The position numbers were made by a program, and so were the translations under genes. From Vicugna vicugna (Eukaryota), in the NCBI GenBank assembly GCA_013265495.1, contig MU058824.1, positions 5,358,691 through 5,404,285 on the forward strand: 45,595 nucleotides of DNA. Direction: 5' to 3'. Within the stretch, counting starts at the first letter, position 1, and every line of letters begins with the position of its first letter. A model generated the notes under the pieces. That model saw only the letters and a list, made by a program, of their open reading frames with translations. It was not told where the DNA came from and ran no database searches. Positions 12,470 through 22,574 of this stretch are shown one piece after another.

Positions 12470-13282
12470 TAGAGTATTGATTATACTCTATTCAAAGTTA
12501 TTACAAAATTTTGGCTATATTTCCTGTGCTGTACAATATATCCCTGTATCTTATTTATTTTATACATAATAGTCTGTATCTCTTAACCCCCTACTCTTAT
12601 TTTGCCTCTTCCCCATCACTCTTCCCACTGGTAACCACTAGTTTATTCTCTATATGTGTGAGTCTATTTCTGTTTTGCTATATACACTCATTTATTTTTT
12701 TGGATTCCATATTTAAGTGATAACATGCAGTATTTGTCTTTCTTTGTCTGACTTATTTCACATAGCATAATACCCTCCAGATTCATCTATGTTGTTGCAA
12801 ATGGCAAATTTTCATTATTTTTATAGCTGAATAAATTCTGTAGTATCTATCTATCTTTCTATCTATCTAATCAGATCTTCTTTCTCTGTTCATCTGTTGA
12901 TGGACACTTAGGTTACTTCTGTATCTTGGCAATTGTAAATAATGCTGCTATGAACATTGAGATACATGTATCTTTTCAAATTAGTGTCTTTGTATTTTTT
13001 GGATACATACTCAGGAGTAGAATTGCTGGATCATATGGTAGTTCTATTTTTAGTTTTTTAAGGAACCTCCATACTGTTTTCCATAGTGACTGCACCAGTT
13101 TACATTTCCACCAAACATGTACTAGGGTTCCCTTTTCCCCATATCCTGATCAACATTTGTTATTTGTGGTCTTTTTGACAATGCCATTCAGACAGGTGTG
13201 AGGTGGTATCTCCTAGTGATTTTGATTTGCACTTCCCTGATGATTGGTGATACTGAACATCTTTTCATGTACTTGTTGGCCT
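12470..13282 (-). mobile_element. L1 3' end, L1MA/artiodactyl type
   Basis: Antisense L1 3'UTR and ORF2 end, closely similar to the element at 9432-10258. Confidence 0.9.
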
Positions 13283-13284
13283 TC

Positions 13285-14930
13285 TTTCCTAGTTGCTTAA
13301 AGTAGAAGGTGAGAGTATTGGTTTGAGTTCATCTTTTTTAATGTAGATACAGCTATAAATTTTCTTCTGAGCCCTGCTTTCACTGCATCCCATAAGTTTT
13401 GGTATGTTGTGTTTGCATTTTCATTGATCTTACAGTATTTTCTAATTTTCACCATAATTTCTTCTTTGGACCCCTATCTCACACCATATACAAAAGTAAC
13501 TCAAAATGGATGAAAGAAGAAAATGTAATACCTAAACCTATAAACCCTTAGAAAAAAGCAAAGGTGTAAATCTTCATGATATTGGACTAAGCAATGGTTT
13601 CTTAGATATGAAAACTCAAGTACAAGCAACCAAAAAAAATTAAACTTCATCAAAATTAAAAACCTTTGGGATGACTGTGTCTCAGCCAATTGGAGCTGTG
13701 ATAACAAAATGTCAGACTGGGTAGCTTATAAACAATAGATAATCATTGCTTTGTTATGGAGTTATGGAGACTGGAGTTCTGAGATCAAGTTGCCAGCATG
13801 GTTGGGTGAGGGCTGTCTTCCCCATCACAGACTTCTTGTATCCTCACATAGTGGAAGGAGCTAGGGAGCTCTGTGGGATCCCTTTTACAAGACTGATCCC
13901 ATTCATGAGGACTCCACCCTCATTAATTAATTGCCTCCCAAAGGCCCTGTGTACTAATACCATCATCTTTAGGGGCTAAGATTTCAACATATGAATTTTG
14001 GATGGAAACAAATATTCAGACCATAACAACACTATCAAGAAAGTGAAAAGACAGCCCATAGAATACAAGTGATAAATCTGATAAACTCAACTTAAAAATG
14101 AGTGAAAGATTCAGAAAGACTTTTCTCCAAATGAGACATATAAATGGACAATAAGCATAAGAAGATACTCAAAGTCATTAGCCATTTGGGAAATGCATCT
14201 CAAAATCACAATAAGATATCACTTCACATCTTCTAGGATGGTAATAATAATAATAAATGGAAAATAAAATAACAAACATTAATGAGGGTATGGAGAAATT
14301 TTAATGCTTATACATTGCTGGAAAATGGTGCAGCTGCTTTGGAAAATAGTTTGCAATTCCTCAAAAGTTAAGCTTGATGTTACCATATGATCCAGGAATT
14401 TCACACCTAGAATTAAAAACATACATTCACACAAAAACTCATACATGAATATTTGTAGTAGCATTACTCATAATAGCCAAAAAGTCAAGATAACCTAAAT
14501 GCCCATCAGTTGATGAATGGATGAACAAAATGTGATATATTCATACAATGGAATATTATTCAGCCATAAAAAGATTGAAGTAATGATACATGCCACAACG
14601 TGGGTAGACCTTAAAAACATTATGCTAAGTGAAAGAAGCCAGTCACAAAAGGCCACATATCGTATAATTCTATTTATAAGAAATGCCCAGAATAGGTCAA
14701 GCTACAGAGACAGAGAGTAGATTAGTCTTTGCCTGGGGATGGGGATAGTTTGGAATTGAAAGTGACTGACAACGGATATGGGGTTTCTTCTTGTGACGAT
14801 GAAATGTCCTGGAATTAAACAGTGGTGATGGTTGTACAACTCTTTGAATATACTAAAAACTACTTTATTGTATACTTTAAAATGGTGTATTTTATGAGAT
14901 GTGAACTATATCTCAGTTTTTAAAATCATA
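13285..14930 (+). mobile_element. L1MB-type element with an inverted 5' piece (about 13285-13466 on minus), interrupted by an MLT1A LTR
   Basis: Antisense ORF2 text switches to sense ORF2 at ggacccctatctcacacc (about 13468). ORF 14517..14720 has the L1 ORF2-end motif TTWVDLKNIMLSERSQSQK. L1MB-like 3'UTR ends gtgaactatatctca. Confidence 0.8.
13678..14028 (-). mobile_element. MLT1A-type MaLR solo LTR nested in L1
   Basis: tgtctcag...ataacaaaat...agactgggtagcttataaac...atttcaacatatgaatttt...ttcagaccataaca. Confidence 0.85.
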
Positions 14931-15913
14931 AAAATAATTCCTGAGATGAATTCTTTTATATAAATATTTCCATAGTCATTTAATACAATCCCATACATTT
15001 ATAGACAAAGAATAAGGTAATTGTGTCAGAAGATCATTATTGTGATGCCACTTACCACTGGATGAGGTTTTGCAGGATATTAAGGTGAATAGGGCTCTTG
15101 GCACCTCCATAAAATGACACAGCTGTGCATTTAGGTTAACTAGACTTGCTTTTTCAAGGCTTTTCTGTATTTTCTCAGTCAGCTGTCATTTTTAAATCAC
15201 AGAGCAATGCCTCCTCTGCAAACTTGATGCGTTTATTTGGACATTGCCTGGGGAACCAGATAATGAAGTAACATCTTAATGTCCCCAATATTCTGCTAGC
15301 TGATGTCTCCCAGGAAAATTTCCTGTAACTGATTGCCCACTTACTAAGTCTGCTGAATTTGTAACTCCCACTACCAAATGGCTGCACTCCGACTCCTCTA
15401 CATTTTGTGTCTCACAAAATAAGACCCAGTGATGTGTCCATCTCTCTGCAGATCCCAGCAGCTGCCCTTGTCTCTGCTGTCTTTCTGCTCTGGCTGCTCA
15501 TGCCATTTCTCTGCCTTTTTTCTGCTGTTTCCACTTGCCATGTGGATATGGCCACCACCATGTCTGTTGGGACACCCAAAATGAAGCCAAACTATTCAGG
15601 ATTGCAGCCGCTCTGAGCTTTCTCCCTGCCATTCCTTGATGGCATTTTCTGGGCCTCTGTCACTTACTTCTTTCTCTAAATGCTTGGGGAAACCTTCCAT
15701 TTCTTGGGTATAGCTTTTAAAAAGTCATTTCATTTGGCTTCATTGCATTCCTAATGATATAGCTCTTTCAGTTTGACCATCTTTTGGAGTTTCTGGAAAC
15801 ACTTTCTGTTTTATGTCAAATCCATCTCAACTCCAGAAAGCCAAGAAATGGTGTACCCAGAACAACTGCTGCCTGGCACAGTCTCACGTAGGCTAAACTA
15901 CTCTAACTCAGGG

Positions 15914-16311
15914 TGTGAATAGTCTGCTTGGGCTGCCATAACAAAGTACTGTAGACTGGGTACAACAAAGCCATGAAATTTATTTCTCACCGTTTTAGAG
16001 GCTGGGAAGTTCAAGATCAGGGTGACAGCATTCTGTTCTGGTGAGAGCTCTCTTCTTGGGTTGCAGATGGCTGCCTTTGTGCTGTTTTCTCACTTGATGG
16101 GGAGAGAGACAGACGGGTGGGGTGGGGGAGAGAAACCCCGGTGCTCGGGTGTCTTTTTTTGTAGGGGCACTAATCCTATCATGAAGGCCTCATCTTTGTG
16201 ATCTCATCTAATACAATTTACCTCCCAAAGACCTCATCTTCAAATATCATCTCATTGGGAGTTAGGGTTTCAACATAGGTATTTTGGAGGGACATGATTC
16301 AGTCCATAGCA
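15914..16311 (-). mobile_element. MLT1A/MLT1B-type MaLR solo LTR
   Basis: gggctgccataacaaagtac...gaaatttatttctcac...agttcaagatcagggtg...ttcagtccatagca. Confidence 0.85.
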
Positions 16312-16506
16312 GAATGACTTTTTGATTTTTGTCTTCAGTGTTCCTGCTTTTTCTCCCTATAATCTGGCTTCTACTGAAATACCCACCCCCTGATAGTCAG
16401 GTTTATCTACTTCTTTCCTATTGGGTTCCTGGACCCCAAGCAAGTTAAGGGATGTGACAAAGTACCTGTTTTAAGTGACTCCAAATATTCTGTCACAGTT
16501 ACTCTT

Positions 16507-17070
16507 ATTGGTACCCAGCTCCCAGGATAGCTCCCAATGATCCCCAGCACCTGGTATTCACACCCTATATAGTCCCTTCTGAAATTGCATTATCATTGGG
16601 CTGTGTGACTAATAGAATACAACAGAAGAGATGGTATCTCACAAATGAGATTAGGTGATAAAAGACTATCCTGGCTTCCATCTAGGGCAGATCTTTGTCT
16701 ATCTGTCTCTCATCACTTCCTCTGGGGGAACCAGCTGTCATATCATAAGAATACTCAGGCAGTCTCTATAGAGTCCACATGGTGAGGAACTAAGTTCTCT
16801 GGCCAACAGCCATTGTGGAACTGAGGTCTGCCTGCTAACAACAGTGTGAGTGAGCCTGGAAGCAAGCTTCCCCACAGTTGAGCCTTTAGATGAGACCACA
16901 GCCCTCCCAACAACAGCTTGACTGCAGTCCTGTGAGGCACCTTGAGCCAGAACCACTCAGCCAAGTCATACCTAGATTCTTGACCCAGAGTAACAAGGAT
17001 AATACATAGTTATTGTTTTAAAGTGCTAAGTTTTGAGGGGTAATTTGTCATGCAGCAGGTAGCTAATACA
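16507..17070 (+). mobile_element. MLT1F-type MaLR solo LTR
   Basis: ctcccaatgatcccc...ccacatggtgaggaact...gagccagaaccactcagccaag...gtaatttgtcatgcagcaggtagctaataca. Confidence 0.8.
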
Positions 17071-17302
17071 CACTGAGAAGTGTTCAGGGCTGGTATTATT
17101 ATCCCCACTTACTGAGTAGGATGTTGATAACCTCTAGACAGTTGCTGCCTAAGCCCTTATACGTCAGGTTCTTGTCGCAATCCTGTGAGGTGCACGGGGC
17201 AGGTATTAATATTCCCACCTACCGTATAGGACATTTTAAACCTGAAAGTGACTTGAGAACTTCGCAAGTTTGTAAATGTAGGATGGAGATTGGAAAATTG
17301 TA

Positions 17303-17503
17303 GTCAGCTGCCTATTTCTTAAAATGGCCTACAAGCTAAAAATGATTTAAATGGTTATGTTTTAAATGGTTATATAAGAACCTCTATTATGTTTTTGATT
17401 TTACCTCTTAGCCTGTGATCAAATACAAATTAAAATACAAATTAAAACCTACAAAGCCTAAACTATTTACAATCTGACCTTTAAGAAAAATTGTCAACCA
17501 CTG
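17303..17503. mobile_element. MER58B-like hAT-Charlie fragment
   Basis: End motif caaagcctaaactatttacaatctgacctttaagaaaaattgtcaaccactg. Confidence 0.6.
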
Positions 17504-17559
17504 ACTTGGGATCTTCATAATCAAATGAAACATTTTTAGTTTATTATAATGAAATTAAG

Positions 17560-18500
17560 ATGAGGCATTATTACAATACACTTAAATAGAGATAATCCTG
17601 TAAATATAGTTTTGTATCTGTCTCCTTTCCATCTAAACTTGTACTATGTTCTCATTATCCATCATTTTTCAAAAACATTATTTTGATGCTTGCTTGCTGT
17701 TCTATTATAGAAATTTGATACAATTTATTTAAATATTGTTCTGTTGTTGAACATATAGAATATATAGATTGCTTCCACTTTCACTCATGAGAAATATAGC
17801 AGTAAAAAATCCTTACACACAAATATTTACATTTTTGATTATTTAATTGGCATAAATCCCTAGAAATAGAATTACTAGTTCAAAAGTTACAAAATAAACA
17901 TTTTTAAGAATTTCAAGTGAATATTGCTAAATTGCCCCCAGAAAAGCTGTACAGTTTATTCTTCCAATAATAATGTATGGAAATGCCTATTTTGGCACAT
18001 CGTTGGAAAATTTGGTTCTCTCTTAGATATATAGCCAACATTATGTAGAGGGTGTGTTATTTTAATTTGTTTGGCCAATGATTCTTTTTAAAAAATTTTT
18101 TTTTAATTAAAATACCATGAGTTACAATGTGTCCATTTCTGGTATACAGCACAATGTCATGCATATACATACACATATTAAATCATTTCATATTTTTTAT
18201 TAAAGATTATTATAAGATATTGAACATAGTCCCCTGTGCTATATTTGCTGATGATTCTTGACATTAAATTTTTAAAATATTCTTAATGGCATTTTGCATT
18301 TCTTGGTTTGTTTTCTATTTTGTGTGTGGGTACGTATGGATTTTTTTGTCCCTTTTACTATTTAACCATACATCTTATTTCATAGACTTGTACATCTTCT
18401 TTAGACATATTATGGTATTAATGCTTGGTCTTTAAAATATTTTATAGGAATTTGTCCAAGTATATTATTTTATGAAAAAGTTTTCAGTTAATTCTCTTGG
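17560..18500 (-). mobile_element. Very old L1 (L1ME-like) 3' remnant, interrupted by a younger L1 fragment
   Basis: Degenerate antisense L1 motifs (taaatccctagaaatagaattactagttcaaa, attgctaaattgcccccagaaa). Confidence 0.55.
18087..18246 (-). mobile_element. Second short camelid-type L1 3' end with TSD
   Basis: Same sequence family as 10461-10631. TSD core ATGATTCTT at 18078-18086 and 18251-18259. Confidence 0.8.
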
Positions 18501-18923
18501 GTTTTCTTGATATAATGAGTACATTTTAAGGTAGAATATATGAGTATCTACAGAATATACACGCTTTAAAATGTGTCACAGTGATAAGCACATCAAGTTC
18601 TTAAACTTGAAAATCTCTGACTAAAGATAATACATGAGATAATCACTTATCAGTTGGGGAGAGTCACACACTAAGCTCTTTATGGAATTCATCTGCTCTA
18701 AGGTGCCATTTAGGTTGTGACCTGTTGATGTTCTAGAAGAAAGAAAGTGATTGTACTCAACTTCTTCCTGTGAAACTGTGTGTATATCAAATACAGGGTC
18801 TAGAAATGGATTTGATTGGGGAAAAAATCAGGTCATATTGAATAGACATAAATTAAAACTACTCAGGTGTTTTCCACTCATTTACCACAGATACTTGCTA
18901 TGGATACACAGTACTATACTTAC

Positions 18924-19090
18924 AGATCACTGGGCTCACAAACTTCTTTTAGATTTACAAATTGATGTGTTTCCCCTCCTGTTTGCTACTTCACAAATGT
19001 CATCCCTCTTTCTAATTATACTTCTATCCATGATCTCCATCACTGATATAGCAGTTGGTAGACCAAGTAAACTTCTCAGAGCCCTACACA
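18924..19090 (-). other. Candidate exon of an unannotated or decayed minus-strand gene
   Basis: Pyrimidine tract and AG acceptor (alternatives start at 19090 or 19083), donor TCT|GTAAGT. Reads CRALRSLLGLPTAISVMEIMDRSIIRKRDDICEVANRRGNTSICKSKRSL*AQ*S. Confidence 0.3.
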
Positions 19091-19820
19091 CTTTTATAGG
19101 AGAAAAATCAAACAATCAAAGTAAACAGGACAGAAGACATGGTAAATTTACTTCATAATAGCCTTAAAGCCTGATTTTAATTTAGGCCCACTTTGTTATT
19201 TATGTTTAAGCCCTGTTGCAGATGGAAATTCTCTCTTTCCCTGCCTTTCTTTTTGTCTTTTGTCAAGATTGTGACTATAGTCCCTTTGATCAGCTTGCTA
19301 TATATATTTGAATTTCACTTATAAATGTCTTATCAAAATATAATGAAGAAAAAAGTGAGTATAGGGTATGCTGGGGCTAATGATAAGACACTACTAGAGT
19401 TTTACTACTGATTTTGTCTGTTGGACAAAAGTAGCTCCCTTGGGTGATTGGGAACTGACAAAAGGGTGATTCAGCTGGCACGATAGTTTTCCTGGGTTAA
19501 TGATGGTGGTGGGCTTCGCTGAGTGATAGGCAGGTCAGTCAGTTCCCTAATTAGAAGGTCATCTTCATTGCAGAAGGAGGCTGTGTCTCTAACTACACTG
19601 ATACGCCATACAGGCTCCAGAGAGAGAGCTTCATAAGGATAGAACGTTGCCAGCAGGAAGAATTGAAGACACTTTTTTTTTTCCATTCTGGCTTGTTTCC
19701 AAAGGCCAGGATGACACTAATTAAAGTACAGAGGAGAGAATGACCCCTTGACTTAAGAGCTTATTTTGCTGCATTTTCAATTTCCTTCTGACATTGAGAT
19801 TTTAGGCTGCGTGGCTGCTG

Positions 19821-19834
19821 GTAACTATGGCAAC
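19821..19834 (+). promoter_or_regulatory. RFX X-box-like motif
   Basis: GTAACTATGGCAAC fits the GTNRCY-NN-RGYAAC pattern and lies in a repeat-free, CpG-retaining segment. Confidence 0.4.
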
Positions 19835-20586
19835 ATCTCCATTTTTTTTAATGGGCTTTCCTGGCACTCTCTTAGAGGATTATCTGCTTCAGGCTTCCTC
19901 GGTATCTTCCATTTATATTTAACTCCCATGTCTTAAAGAAAACATTCGATCGATTCAGATGTGAATCCAGAACCAGTTACAGTGCATTGTTTATCGCACC
20001 CCAGCCAGTACTTCAGTAGTTTAATTTATAGAGAGGTGATCAAGTAGGGAAATAGATGACAGGCGCTTGGATTCGCCGGTGTCTCATTGTTTTACTACAA
20101 CTCTTGGAGCAGTGGTACCTCTTGAGCAGAGCCTGGTTAATTTTAGCAGGATTTACTCATTTATGAGAGAAAAGAATGTTCTAGTCTGAAAGTGATAGTG
20201 ATGGGAAGTTCCAATGGTGGTTGAAGAATTTGAGACATGTTACAGCAATATAAAACCTGCCCTTACATCGCATTTCTCACATGAGCAAATTTGTTTTCCT
20301 AGAAGAAAACATGAAACACCATTCTTGTGCTCATTAAAACACTCAGTGGAAACCTGTGTCTGCATCCTGTGGTGCATGAGGTTTTTGTATTTTCATCTAG
20401 GTTCTGCCAGAAATGGATAAGAACAATTATACAAAAACAGAGTCATGTCTATTCATTTACTAATAAACCATCAGGCGTGAGAGGCAGGTCACTTTTCTGC
20501 GTGAAGCATTATGATTTCTAACTAAAATGTTTAGGATAGACTCATTTCATTCTTGTGCAAGTAATATGAATCATTTGGCTCATCTG

Positions 20587-20842
20587 AGAGGCAGGACTGA
20601 TTTTAGAGTGTGGACTCTGGAACCCAATTCCTGGGTCCAAACCCCAGGTATTTTATTAGCTGTGTGACCTTAGTGTAAGTCACTTGTATCTCTCTGTGCT
20701 TTAGTTTCCTCATCAGCAACATGATGATGAAAATAATAGCAGCTACCTTAGAATCATTATGGGGATTAAGTGAATTAACCTAGGAAAGAATTTAGGGCCC
20801 TGGCACAAAGAAAGCACTCTGTAAGCATTAGGAATTATTATT
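20587..20842 (+). mobile_element. MIR SINE, near full length
   Basis: agagtgtggactctgga...tagctgtgtgacctt...tttagtttcctcatc...ggattaagtgaattaa...cctggcaca...ttattatt. Confidence 0.85.
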
Positions 20843-22019
20843 TGTTTATAATGGTATTAAGTTTTTCTTTATTCCAAATAAGTAATATTTGTTGTACATA
20901 AAAGCTCATGCTACTGATTTAAGGAAAGGTGTCTATTTCTTTTGTTAATAAGCATATTTTTTTTAAAAAAGAAAACATTTATTAGTATTACTTGGCTTGA
21001 GTAAACCCATTATGAAGAATTTTGAATTTTCATTATTAGTACAGGGAAGACATTTCTTCAATGGCACCAGCTTAATCACTCACTGGAACCCAGTGAGATA
21101 TCAGAATTTCAGTATTTATGGATAATAATGTGAAATTTAAAGTACCTCCAAGTTTTCTGTTATTAATTTGAAATTAGAGAAAATGTGCATTTTAAAGATG
21201 GCAGAAATGAGAGTTTTGTGTGTGTATGTTTTTTAATTGAAAGGCATAGATTTCTTACTAGATATGTGTGCTCTCACCATTATGGGAACTTGGACAGTTA
21301 TTTTAGGGAAAGTCCGTGGAAGCTTTTCCTTGCCCGTGTTAACATTTAGAAGCACCCTCCATGGCATCCTATGTGAAATGTTCAAAATCTCTAATCTGGG
21401 TCATCTTTGATAGTGTGCACAGGCCACATGTACTATCTGGGGAGCAAAGATGATAATACTTAGGATTTAAATTAGAAAGTTACTTTGCTTTTAATGTTGG
21501 CATGGCCATATCTGTGTGGAGCTATCTTATGTTTCCGTTTATGCTCTTCTGAGATTGATGACTGTCCATCTATGCAGTAGCCCTAGGGATGTGGAAACAT
21601 GTTTGCCGCAAACCTCCTTCCTCCTGTTTCCTTCACTTTCTGCTATTCTCCCCTCTCACCTGTCTTCCTAAGTCCCCCAGTTTTTGTATTGAAACCTAGT
21701 AACTAGCCCAACAGAAGAGTTTGCAATGCACAGAAGAAACAATGCTTTTGAAGGGCATCCATACAATATTTAGCATGGATTTTGTTAAGTCAGAATTATT
21801 ATTTTTAGGAAGTCCAAACAGAAGGCCAATTAAAAATGTTAATTAGTAGAGATTTTTGATGTTTCTACCTATAGACTTACTTTCAAGAATTTGTTTCTTA
21901 GAAGTATAATTGGTTATGTTGGTAGAATCATCGAGAGTGACTTTCTGGCGTTGGTGTGTTTTAATCATGTCACAGGTGAAACTAATATGTGGCCAAGGCT
22001 GGGAGCCACTTTTTCAGGT

Positions 22020-22194
22020 CAGTGTTTCTCAGAGTTTATGTGCATGAGGATCACCTGGAAGACTTGTTAGACTGTTGAGCCCCACCTACGGAGTTTCTGA
22101 TCCAGTGGGTGAGGGGTGAAGTTCCCCAGATTTCTAACACCTTTCCAGGTGATGCTGATGCTGCTGGTCTAGGAGGATGCTCTGAGAACTAGTG
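22020..22194. mobile_element. MER5A DNA transposon
   Basis: cagtgtttctcaga...gatcacctgga...atttctaaca...ccaggtgatgctgatgctgctggtc...tgagaactagtg with terminal inverted repeats. Confidence 0.85.
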
Positions 22195-22322
22195 ATTTAG
22201 GTTATACAGCAATCCTGTGTCCTGGAAGAGGCTTTTTGACTCCTGAGATCTAGGTAAACATTTGCTTAAGGTTATCAAAATTCCATGCCCACAATTTTGA
22301 CAAATTCTGGGGTGAGACTTAC

Positions 22323-22574
22323 GCGCTCATGTTCCCTCCTGTCTTCTCCTGCCTCTTGGGCTCCTGCTTCCTCTCACACGGTCAGTGTTGACTCAGCCTC
22401 TTCTAGTTCATTTGTGAGCAAAATTTTCAGTAAAAATGTTTCAGGAACCCTAGGAAGGGCTTACAACACTTTCACAAGTCATTCCGCTGGCTCCCTGACA
22501 GCCTGTACCTTGCTGGCTCCAGCCTCTCTCCATCTTTCTGTCTTCTCTCTCCTCTCCATTGTCTTCCTTATTCA
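22323..22574 (-). other. Candidate decayed 252-nt exon, charged and coiled-coil-like
   Basis: Acceptor tttctttctcctgacaag and donor CGC|GTAAGT; length is a multiple of 3. Reads *IRKTMERREKTERWREAGASKVQAVREPAE*LVKVL*ALPRVPETFLLKILLTNELEEAESTLTV*EEAGAQEAGEDRREHER. Confidence 0.3.

Noticed and set aside
9320..14720. Multiple 60-115 aa ORFs
   Set aside because: Most lie in decayed L1 or MLT sequence or run through microsatellites; they are not host genes.
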